From Candidatus Lindowbacteria bacterium RIFCSPLOWO2_12_FULL_62_27 (GTDB taxonomy: Bacteria; Lindowbacteria; 2-12-FULL-62-27), in contig MFPR01000017.1 in the NCBI GenBank assembly GCA_001784175.1, positions 29,024-93,023 of the forward strand: DNA of 64,000 bases, written 5' to 3'. Made by a program: the position numbers and the translations under genes. Below the pieces are notes generated by a model. That model searched no databases, was not told the DNA's origin, and worked only from the letters and a program-made list of their open reading frames with translations. Shown here one piece after another: positions 9,748 through 17,702 of the stretch (the first letter of the stretch is position 1; each line of letters opens with the position of its first letter).

Positions 9748-10521
9748 TCAGCTTCTCTTGATTATCTCTAAACAACCTCTTTTATATCTGCCCGATTTTT
9801 CCGTCATGACATTAATATCAGTATGAAAACTATCGGAACAAAAGTTAAATTTGCCTTGTTGTTTCTCGGATTTCCAATACTCGAGGCCGGCCATAGTTTC
9901 GATCCTACTGAACATATCCGGCACGACTTTAAGTGGCACGGACGGCATTTTTTCCAATTTCCCGAGTTTTAACAATTCGACTTTTAAGCTGTGTTCTTCG
10001 GGCGAAAATATTATTTGATCCGCGCCCTCCCTGATCGCCTGCAAGAGAATCATATGAACCAATCTGCTAACGGGGGCGTTATGGTGATCTACTATTTCTA
10101 AGTTGAATATTTTCGTGTCGTGCGTTTGCATGTCCTTTATGACTTGTTCTAATGACGTCAAGAGATCAGCCCTGTTTAAGAGTGTCGCATCGTATTGTGC
10201 TATAAGCTGCTCTATAGATTGAACAAAATCCGTACTATCTTCTGCCCTTTCTACATCCTTCCAAAAATCACGAGGGAAATACCCTTGTGCATGATGGGCA
10301 ATGGATCCGGATAGCCGCGTACCATGCGAAACTTCTTGGGCAATTCGAATGTTTATTCCGAGTGCCACAAAAACTATGAGATCCCGATCGAGAGACAAAA
10401 ATCGAACCACGTCTGTCAATCTATATCCTTCCTTGATGAGTTTGGCGAGTTTTGCGAGCCAGATGTATGCATATTTCTTCTTTATAAACTCCGGCGCGAA
10501 TTTAAATAGTTTCAGCCACAT
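9748..10521 (-). CDS. secretion-ATPase N-terminal (N2-like) domain protein without ATPase core; possible truncated gspE-like paralog
   Basis: C-terminal half RLVHMILLQAIREGADQIIFSPEEHSLKVELLKLGKLEKMPSVPLKVVPDMFSRIETMAGLEY matches the N2 region preceding the Walker A in GspE/PilB; no Walker A or Asp/His boxes; directly upstream of a GspF-like gene. Confidence 0.45.
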   Translation of the reverse strand: MWLKLFKFAPEFIKKKYAYIWLAKLAKLIKEGYRLTDVVRFLSLDRDLIVFVALGINIRIAQEVSHGTRLSGSIAHHAQGYFPRDFWKDVERAEDSTDFVQSIEQLIAQYDATLLNRADLLTSLEQVIKDMQTHDTKIFNLEIVDHHNAPVSRLVHMILLQAIREGADQIIFSPEEHSLKVELLKLGKLEKMPSVPLKVVPDMFSRIETMAGLEYWKSEKQQGKFNFCSDSFHTDINVMTEKSGRYKRGCLEIIKRS

Positions 10522-10582
10522 CTTGGCATTTCATCTCCGATAACGAGGATCGAGGCCGACTCAAGTATATCCCATGATGTTT

Positions 10583-11347
10583 TCATGGCGTTGTCTTCCT
10601 TTTGAATTCTGCGATGTCTTTCACTGTTTGATCTATGAGTCCCTCTATTTTCTTATCTTTGATGTCGTGCTCCTTTAGATCCTGCTTGATGTTCGCTAAT
10701 GTCTTGGTGGTATCATCCATAAGTTGATCGAATTGTTTTCTATCCTGTTTTACCTCTTTCTTTACCCACAGATATCCAGCCCATGCAATGATGATGCATG
10801 GTATGGCTACCAGCCACAATCTCGAAGAGGCGGCCTGAAAGCGCATCAATAGTAAAGACGTGATACCGGCTAAAATAACGGCGAATAGGCAGTAGATAAG
10901 TACCACCCGCCGTCGACTTAATCTCTGGCGGAGAACATTATCAGAATCATTTAGAGGGCCCGTTCGTATGAGCTGAATATTGAACTCGTCGACTTCAAGC
11001 TTTATCTCCCCTAGCATATTGTCGAATGTAAGATCGCCCGTGCCGGGGTCATAGGTCAAATCATTAAACATCTCGTCGACGTGGTCATTGCCGTATGTAA
11101 TGACACAGCTTTTCACATTTTTAACGTATAGAAGGTAGTATCCGGAGTGTGGTTCATCTGTCCGTTTGAAAGGGATCTTTAGCAATCTTTGATCGGAATC
11201 GAATTCTAATTCGTTTCGGTGATACCACTGATCGTGAATAACATCGAGCAGCGTACCAATCTGATGCTCTGAAAAGACACCGGAGAACTCCAGAGTCATC
11301 TGAGTGCGGGGCTGTGCGAACGGCGGCGGGGCTTGGAATAGAAACAC
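10583..11347 (-). CDS. hypothetical membrane protein with C-terminal coiled-coil
   Basis: Two predicted transmembrane helices (VVLIYCLFAVILAGITSLLL, LWLVAIPCIIIAWAGYLWV) followed by a K/E/D-rich helical tail. Confidence 0.4.
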   Translation of the reverse strand: MFLFQAPPPFAQPRTQMTLEFSGVFSEHQIGTLLDVIHDQWYHRNELEFDSDQRLLKIPFKRTDEPHSGYYLLYVKNVKSCVITYGNDHVDEMFNDLTYDPGTGDLTFDNMLGEIKLEVDEFNIQLIRTGPLNDSDNVLRQRLSRRRVVLIYCLFAVILAGITSLLLMRFQAASSRLWLVAIPCIIIAWAGYLWVKKEVKQDRKQFDQLMDDTTKTLANIKQDLKEHDIKDKKIEGLIDQTVKDIAEFKRKTTP

Positions 11348-11369
11348 TGCCGCCGCGGCCGAGTTTTCA

Positions 11370-11837
11370 TCATGAACCGATTTTGGAGGGACTGTTTTTA
11401 GTCTGCTCTATGATGGCCTTCGGGCTACACAGCCAAAGAGCCCATAAACTGAGGAGCGTAAATCCAATTTGGATTGGATAACTCCCGCCCAGCATGATCC
11501 AAACTAAACCATATATGGCAATCACGTCGCAAAAAGCCCATAAAATAATCCCATATAGGAGTATGGGATCTTGTGTTTTGTTTCCAGTTTCACTCGACGA
11601 TTTGTAAAAACATTTCAAGAGAAATGGCCGTACTTTGAAATTCACATGGATGCACGCCGATATGCTTACTGCAAGAACAACTAGGATGGGAAACACAAAA
11701 TCTGGCGGTGTTACACCACCCTTTCTCTGTCCGAGCAGCGTATGGCCAATATACAGATAGGCCCAAATGGCGTGAACAAATGCCCAATAAATATATTTCA
11801 TATTTTGAGGCGGTTCTGTGGCTGATCTTATGTTCAT
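11370..11837 (-). CDS. hypothetical polytopic membrane protein
   Basis: 155-aa ORF with four hydrophobic segments. Confidence 0.4.
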   Translation of the reverse strand: MNIRSATEPPQNMKYIYWAFVHAIWAYLYIGHTLLGQRKGGVTPPDFVFPILVVLAVSISACIHVNFKVRPFLLKCFYKSSSETGNKTQDPILLYGIILWAFCDVIAIYGLVWIMLGGSYPIQIGFTLLSLWALWLCSPKAIIEQTKNSPSKIGS

Positions 11838-11839
11838 CT

Positions 11840-12529
11840 CTACCTCGCCCCCACCCTCGTGCCGGCCAGCAGCATTTCCTGGACCGCATCACCCTCGTCA
11901 CGATCAATATCCAGCTCATAGTCAAACCCGGAGGACACGCTATCCAGACATCCATAGGTTATGTGTCTTGTCTGCTCTGTAAATGCCGATAGGGATGGCG
12001 CGGCGGCATCCGTGTCAGACCACTTGAGTTTCTCAACCTTCCCGTCGCGGAGGGCATTCTTAAAGCGGACAATTTGTTCGCGTGCCTTGCGAACAACCTG
12101 TCTGGGATTGCGTGAAAATTTCACCTGCCCGACTTCAACCACATGTCCATCACCGCGCCGAATGACAACCAGATCCAGCTCGCCGATCGTTTTGCCTCCT
12201 CCCATGTATTTCAAACTGGTTGCCACCAGGTAATCGTCGAGTGGATACCGAGTCCACTGAAGATGTATCCGTAAAAGTTCTTCGAGAATAAATCCGACGT
12301 TTCCCCAATCACGATCGACACCCGAAAGAGTCTTCGCGAAAAATTTGATGCGGTCAGCGCTACCGATAGACGCTTTCGGCGTCCCCGCCAGCCTTAAAAT
12401 TCTTTTGTCATCGTGGTGGGATTTCTGCTGTCTTGTTCCGATGGGCATGTCGGATTTTGCGAATAGACCATGTGGAAACGTAAAAAGAAGAAATAGGCTA
12501 CATACGGCGGTGGCTGACAATCTGCGCAT
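11840..12529 (-). CDS. hypothetical secreted protein, possible PD-(D/E)xK-like fold
   Basis: N-terminal signal-peptide-like segment AVCSLFLLFTFPHGLFA; GELDLVVIRRGDGHVVEVGQVK resembles a D...E.K nuclease core. Confidence 0.4.
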   Translation of the reverse strand: MRRLSATAVCSLFLLFTFPHGLFAKSDMPIGTRQQKSHHDDKRILRLAGTPKASIGSADRIKFFAKTLSGVDRDWGNVGFILEELLRIHLQWTRYPLDDYLVATSLKYMGGGKTIGELDLVVIRRGDGHVVEVGQVKFSRNPRQVVRKAREQIVRFKNALRDGKVEKLKWSDTDAAAPSLSAFTEQTRHITYGCLDSVSSGFDYELDIDRDEGDAVQEMLLAGTRVGAR

Positions 12530-12544
12530 ACAGGAACTATATCA

Positions 12545-13906
12545 TCATCTTTTGTCTGCTGCCTCTCTCGTGGCTGCTCCCAACCCCATCCGCGCCGCCA
12601 ACTGATCCTGATTGATCAGCCCCGCCTCGCGCATCTCGACGCCCGTCTCCAACGTCAACTTCTCCGCCTGCGCCTGTTTCAGCGACTCCTGCAGATTCGT
12701 CCGGTGAAACTGCACTTCCGTCCGGTATTCCGGAAATCCCCACAATTTCAACGCGAGGTCATATACGCGCTCGATCATCCGTTTGATCCCAAGCTGGGCT
12801 GAAATGGCCGCCCGTTCCATCAGCCGCGCCTGCGCCTCCGCCCACGTCCCGCTCGGCCCGTACGAACGGCCGACCAGCATTGGAACCAGGTGCATGCCGG
12901 TGATGAGTTGCTCCTCCAGCGCCCGTAATTTTTCATAAAACCGTTCCGTCGGATTCGACGCCTGCTTGTATTCCATTTCGACGTTGCTGTACGTCACGAG
13001 GTTGGTGTCGATGTCCAGGTTCTCGACAAGGTCCACGAGTTGATTGAAATTCGCGTCGATCCGCTGTTTGTATTCCTCGTCTGTCTCCCCGCGTTTCTGC
13101 GTGTCCGGCCGGTAGACGAAATGCATCCGCGGCCACGCGGCATTGAGCTGGGCCCGGGCCATCGCCGGAATCACCTGCCTCTGCCAGTGGACATATTCGG
13201 GCAACGCATTGATGAGCGACCGGCCATATGGGCTGTCATCGTCGGGATCGAGCGCGTAATAGATGAACGTCTCCGGATTGAGTTCGATCGGCTCGCGTTG
13301 TCCCGGCACGACCTGAAACGCCTGCAACGGTGCATTCGCTGGTATTCCCCGCATCTCTTTGGAGACTTTGTACCCAAACCGAATCGTCCGGACCGGAATG
13401 GGTGCCAGCGTGGAAATGTCCGTCCGAGTGTTGTTCACGACGATCTCGCCGGCAAAGGCGCCGTATGTAAAATAGGAGAGGAGCAACCGGTTGAGCAGCC
13501 CGTCCATCCCGCCGTTCGAATCGATCCGCGCCGCCAGATCCCGAATGCGTTCGGAGAATTCGTATGTCTGCTCGCGCGTCTCCCGGTGAAACACGTTCAC
13601 GTCATGCCCCGTGTTGCACATCCGGACCCACACCCATATCCCGCCCGAAATGTCCGGGACGTTGTCCCGAAGTTCCCGGTACTGTTCCATTTTCTGCGGT
13701 GTTTCCGTTGGCGGGTGGGGAATGAAGTAAATGTCGCCGGAGGTCGCCGCCCCGCCCCCCGAAATGTAGCCGGGCACCGACAGCCTCGTACCGTTCGTCC
13801 CGGACGGCTTGGGCGTCCCCGCGCCCATCGACACGACGCGAACGAGAGGCCCATCCCGCACCGGCCTTCGTCTTGCCCGGAACAATTTTCTGAAAAAAGA
13901 AATCAT
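12545..13906 (-). CDS. phage-like structural protein, possibly a portal protein
   Basis: 453 aa, no Walker A, general resemblance to phage portal proteins; assignment by pattern only. Confidence 0.35.
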   Translation of the reverse strand: MISFFRKLFRARRRPVRDGPLVRVVSMGAGTPKPSGTNGTRLSVPGYISGGGAATSGDIYFIPHPPTETPQKMEQYRELRDNVPDISGGIWVWVRMCNTGHDVNVFHRETREQTYEFSERIRDLAARIDSNGGMDGLLNRLLLSYFTYGAFAGEIVVNNTRTDISTLAPIPVRTIRFGYKVSKEMRGIPANAPLQAFQVVPGQREPIELNPETFIYYALDPDDDSPYGRSLINALPEYVHWQRQVIPAMARAQLNAAWPRMHFVYRPDTQKRGETDEEYKQRIDANFNQLVDLVENLDIDTNLVTYSNVEMEYKQASNPTERFYEKLRALEEQLITGMHLVPMLVGRSYGPSGTWAEAQARLMERAAISAQLGIKRMIERVYDLALKLWGFPEYRTEVQFHRTNLQESLKQAQAEKLTLETGVEMREAGLINQDQLAARMGLGAATREAADKR

Positions 13907-13910
13907 CGAC

Positions 13911-14243
13911 CTATGCTGGTTTCCAGAAAGGAAATCTCCTGCGAACCCAGAACTCGTATTTCAATTCTGGCTTGCCCCGATGGAACTTCTGAAAAAACTC
14001 CGGGTCCGTCGGATGCGTGTCCGGCAAATCCCGGTGTTGCCGAAGATCCGCCCGCTCATCCCGAATGACCACCTGCACCTTGCTCTGCGGCTTGTCGCGT
14101 TCGATCGTCACGGTCACCGTTGTAGTTTCCGTGGCTGTCGCCGCCGAACCTGTTCCAACTGCCGGCGGTACAGCCGCCACGGCCGACTCCGCTCTGTTTT
14201 TTCTGAATCTCATCATGTTCCCTCCCCCCATTTCTTGGCTCAC
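13911..14243 (-). CDS. hypothetical protein
   Basis: 110-aa ORF tightly spaced between phage-like genes. Confidence 0.3.
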   Translation of the reverse strand: MSQEMGGGNMMRFRKNRAESAVAAVPPAVGTGSAATATETTTVTVTIERDKPQSKVQVVIRDERADLRQHRDLPDTHPTDPEFFQKFHRGKPELKYEFWVRRRFPFWKPA

Positions 14244-14249
14244 GCCGCT

Positions 14250-14897
14250 TCAGCCGCTCGCCACTTTCTCGATCTCTTCAAACCCACTCCCTTGCTCCAC
14301 AGCCCGGTTCCACAAATTGAGCAGCATCGCATCCCGCGTAGCCGGATCCAGCACATTCGGCCGGCCACCTGGTATCGGCGTGGCAACCGCGCTGATCCCC
14401 AGCATCTCCAAATCCCGCCGACAGCTTTCGGAGAGCCGAACAATCAGATCCAGTACGGGGTTGACCTCTCCCTCGACCACCTCGCCCGTCTTGACCATGT
14501 ATTCGTACCCGCGAAAAATCCGCATCGTCTTGCTCACAAAATTCTGCAGGATCCACCGCGCCCGCGGATCGTTCATATCCAGCCCATACCGGTTCACAAA
14601 CGCGATCGCATATTCCTCCGCCTCGGCATACTCCTGCGTCCGAACCCGCTTGGAATACATCCCGTGCTTGAATGCGTTCTCATTCCCGGCGGCCCCTGTC
14701 GAAAGTCCGCCATGCCAAAGACATCGTCCAGACGAGCCTTCGGTATGCGGCGGCCATTCGCAGACGGCGCCGCTATGAAGCCGCGCCCCGCAGACCGCCC
14801 GCCCGAGTCGTTTTTCCGCTCCCTGAATTTTTTTGAGATGTGTCTTGTCCCATCTGGGCGACGGCATCGTTCCTTGCCGTGCCACGCTCTCACTCAT
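14250..14897 (-). CDS. phage small-terminase-like protein (zinc-ribbon plus HGG/KHG motif)
   Basis: CGARLHSGAVCEWPPHTEGSSGRCLWHGGLSTGAAGNENAFKHGMYS resembles a motif recalled from phage small terminase / DNA-packaging proteins. Confidence 0.4.
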   Translation of the reverse strand: MSESVARQGTMPSPRWDKTHLKKIQGAEKRLGRAVCGARLHSGAVCEWPPHTEGSSGRCLWHGGLSTGAAGNENAFKHGMYSKRVRTQEYAEAEEYAIAFVNRYGLDMNDPRARWILQNFVSKTMRIFRGYEYMVKTGEVVEGEVNPVLDLIVRLSESCRRDLEMLGISAVATPIPGGRPNVLDPATRDAMLLNLWNRAVEQGSGFEEIEKVASG

Positions 14898-15151
14898 TCA
14901 TCCATCCCCCGAGTCTTCCGCGGATCCGGACACTCGACCTTGACCACGCCGGCCACCCCACCAAACATCCGCGCCCACCCGTAGTAGCAGGACTCCAATT
15001 TCTCCGCCGCCTCTTTCGCATTCCGCGCAAAAATGATCCGGCCCACGACAGACAGCGCCCCGCGCGAAGCACGCCATCCTGTCCTCCGCATCACCACCGC
15101 GTACGCTTTCATTTCCGTGTCCTTGGACGCTACTGTTCCCGACAGAGCCAT
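14894..15151 (-). CDS. hypothetical protein
   Basis: 85-aa ORF overlapping the downstream gene by 4 bp. Confidence 0.3.
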   Translation of the reverse strand: MALSGTVASKDTEMKAYAVVMRRTGWRASRGALSVVGRIIFARNAKEAAEKLESCYYGWARMFGGVAGVVKVECPDPRKTRGMDE

Positions 15152-15160
15152 ATTTCCCCC

Positions 15161-15580
15161 TCAAACCCCAAGAATATGGATACTCGCCGCCGACCCCATC
15201 CCCGACGTTTTATTTTTCAGCAGCACTCTCACCCGCTTGTAGACCTGTTCGATCACCCTCTCGACGTGCGCCGACCCGGCATTCAGAGTCGTCTCCGTTT
15301 GAACGGTCTCATCAAACTCTACTCCATCCACAGACCCCTCAATGAGAAATTTAATCTGATTCGCCCCCGAATTTTTCACCCGGAGTGTCAACAGCGTGCA
15401 ATCCGCCACCAGTACCCCCGGCCGTGTCGTATCGTAGGCATCCGGCGTGACCGCAATCATCTCCGCTTCATCCACATGCGCTGCATTCAGGATATCCTGC
15501 ACATCTCTCTGCCTGCTCGTCACGCCGTGGCCATAACAACCATTTGCCGAAGAGTCAATAAAATCGCCCGCCAAATACAA
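15161..15580 (-). CDS. hypothetical protein
   Basis: 139-aa ORF co-oriented with the phage-like block. Confidence 0.3.
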   Translation of the reverse strand: MYLAGDFIDSSANGCYGHGVTSRQRDVQDILNAAHVDEAEMIAVTPDAYDTTRPGVLVADCTLLTLRVKNSGANQIKFLIEGSVDGVEFDETVQTETTLNAGSAHVERVIEQVYKRVRVLLKNKTSGMGSAASIHILGV

Positions 15581-15609
15581 TGGTTTTATGAAATGTATTT
15601 TTGAGATAG

Positions 15610-16026
15610 ATGTGGATCATGAATCCACAAATGGAACGCCTGCGAAAAAGACTGGTCAAGCGCACAACCATTCTATCGGACCAAGAGGTCGCCGCAGTCG
15701 TGAAATTGATGTGCCAGAACCTGGGCGACCATTTTGTAAGCGCCGCGGCCGAATTCGGAGTTTCGATGCAGGACGGCGTCCGTTACGGGTCCCTCTCGGC
15801 AAAATGCCAGGAAGCCCGGGAAAAACGCCGCATGAGCATCAAACAAATTTCCGCCGAATTGAAAATCCCGCAGTATCGTCTGCAAGCAATTGAAGAAGGT
15901 CACGCCGCCGGATCATTTTTGCCGGCCGTTTTCAAAACGTATATCGCCTTCCTCGGAATCGGCCGCTGGGTGTCGCAATGGAAATCAAAAAACAAGGATT
16001 TCGCATCTCGCTTGGGAATCCTCTAA
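15610..16026 (+). CDS. XRE-family helix-turn-helix regulator
   Basis: HTH segment RRMSIKQISAELKIPQYRLQAIEEG. Confidence 0.5.
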   Translation: MWIMNPQMERLRKRLVKRTTILSDQEVAAVVKLMCQNLGDHFVSAAAEFGVSMQDGVRYGSLSAKCQEAREKRRMSIKQISAELKIPQYRLQAIEEGHAAGSFLPAVFKTYIAFLGIGRWVSQWKSKNKDFASRLGIL

Positions 16027-16042
16027 CCGGCTGGCGACCATC

Positions 16043-16672
16043 ATGGACAAACTCACGTTTGCAGGAATCATCCTCGCCGTCCAGCCCAGAATCCGCCTGA
16101 TCCGTTCGTTCGATCAGAGCAGTCACGCCTATCTGGGATTCGTCTTGCGGATCAGAGGTACGCTGGCCGGTCAGGAACGCGAATTCACCGTGGGCATCGG
16201 CAATGCCGCCCATGCCAAACACCAGTTCCGCGCCGGCGACGCCATCAGCGGCGAATGCCTTCCGGTAGCCGACCCAGAAAAAGAGCCGGTCGATTATTAC
16301 AAAACCAGCAAATTGAAACTCACCGCCCGCCCGGAACAGTCGCCGCCGTCCGCGCCTCCGCCATGGCTCGGCATCCCGCCGACCTTGCCGACCTACCGCG
16401 CCCGAGGCCACCGCCGCCTGGCCGCCCGCACCTACGACACCCAGTGCCTCACGTGTATATGGGCCTGCCGTATGTCCGTCGAAATGATCATCGACCACTG
16501 GAACCCGTCCAAAAAACGCTACCGCACCGAAACCTTCTGTTACGGTCCCAAATCCTGCCCCCTCTACAAACCCGGCCCCACCCGCAAAGTCCCCGGCCGA
16601 CGCGGCATGAGCTGGACAGAAGAGGACTGGGTTGATGAGCAAGCGACTGCCCATAGAGGGGAGCACGACTAA
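16043..16672 (+). CDS. hypothetical cysteine-rich protein
   Basis: ATG at 16043 follows the upstream stop by 16 bp; CLTCIWAC and CYGPKSCP motifs; no known family recognised. Confidence 0.4.
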   Translation: MDKLTFAGIILAVQPRIRLIRSFDQSSHAYLGFVLRIRGTLAGQEREFTVGIGNAAHAKHQFRAGDAISGECLPVADPEKEPVDYYKTSKLKLTARPEQSPPSAPPPWLGIPPTLPTYRARGHRRLAARTYDTQCLTCIWACRMSVEMIIDHWNPSKKRYRTETFCYGPKSCPLYKPGPTRKVPGRRGMSWTEEDWVDEQATAHRGEHD

Positions 16673-16676
16673 GCGC

Positions 16677-17693
16677 ATGCAGATTCCTGTCCTCCGCTCC
16701 GGCGAACAGATCACGAATCTACCCGCCGCGCTTGGTTCCCTCAAGGAAACGCGGCTGACCGCATTCCTCGCCTATCTCATGGGTCTTTGCCCACAGCCAT
16801 TCACTGATCTGTTCCTGGACGAGAGCGAAAAAATATCAAGAATTCTTATCGAGTACGCGGAATACGATGGGCGCTATGACATCGTCCTGGAGGGCATCAA
16901 AACCACAACGATTATTGAGGCCAAGACCACCTTTGAGCAGTCCAGAAAGCAGATCACGAAATATATTTCCACGCTCGCTCGCCGTAAGGGACAACATTTC
17001 AAGGTTGTCCTGCTGGATGTGGGGTCCAAGGCATCCAGCTACTGGATGCGCGACATGCGCGACGAACTGCCTCCCAACTGCCAAATCGACTTTGTCTCTT
17101 GGAATCAAGTGCTGGCAAAACTACGATGGGTCTTGAAGTCCAAATACATTCGGCGGCTTTCGCCATTTGCGCAAGGACTCGCCGCAGATATAATCACGCA
17201 CCTAAAGGAGAACGCCATGGTCAAAGAACGCGAAGGTGAAATATACGTGAGAGACATGAGCGGCCGATCCGTCGAACTGTTTTTCCGCCACCGGATATAC
17301 AGATCCCAACCGAAGTTCTATAACTCGGCCAAGGGGAACCTCTATTTTTCTCCGATCTTCACCCACGCGGCGAACCTGTCCTTTGCAGGCCACGAATACA
17401 TGAACCTGCGTGACGGCCTCTCGTACATCGCCAAAATCAGGCACCTCGAAATTGTCCCCAATAAACACATGAAGGAATTTCTGATGGATCACGATCATCC
17501 AAACGCGGCCGAGGCGGCAAAATTCAGCCTCAAAGGCGCCAAACACAAAACGCTGCTGGTGCTATTGCTCGACCGACCCCACCGGCTGTTCCTGACACCG
17601 CTGACCAAAACAAAATTGAACATCCATGGCGCCACGGGATCCAGATCATTCACCTTGGATCGACTGCTGACCGCCGCCGAATCCGGGAGGTAG
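16677..17693 (+). CDS. hypothetical protein with PD-(D/E)xK nuclease-like motif, immediately upstream of hsdR
   Basis: YDGRYDIVLEGIKTTTIIEAKT matches a D-x(n)-E-x-K core; GGGGAG ribosome-binding site before ATG 16677; stop lies 10 bp before the hsdR start. Confidence 0.45.
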   Translation: MQIPVLRSGEQITNLPAALGSLKETRLTAFLAYLMGLCPQPFTDLFLDESEKISRILIEYAEYDGRYDIVLEGIKTTTIIEAKTTFEQSRKQITKYISTLARRKGQHFKVVLLDVGSKASSYWMRDMRDELPPNCQIDFVSWNQVLAKLRWVLKSKYIRRLSPFAQGLAADIITHLKENAMVKEREGEIYVRDMSGRSVELFFRHRIYRSQPKFYNSAKGNLYFSPIFTHAANLSFAGHEYMNLRDGLSYIAKIRHLEIVPNKHMKEFLMDHDHPNAAEAAKFSLKGAKHKTLLVLLLDRPHRLFLTPLTKTKLNIHGATGSRSFTLDRLLTAAESGR

Positions 17694-17702
17694 TCGGAAC
17701 GC

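Larger units (their letters stand above)
12545..15580 (-). mobile_element. phage-derived remnant (portal-like and small-terminase-like genes, no large terminase)
   Basis: Five co-oriented ORFs with phage-like motifs; compositional jump relative to the flanking lower-GC secretion cluster. Confidence 0.3.

Noticed and set aside
13040-14984. Long + strand ORFs (13040-14068, 13809-14984, 14017-14778) overlapping the minus-strand phage-like genes
   Set aside because: Arg/Pro-rich low-complexity translations typical of antisense frames in GC-rich DNA; the opposite-strand ORFs carry recognisable motifs.
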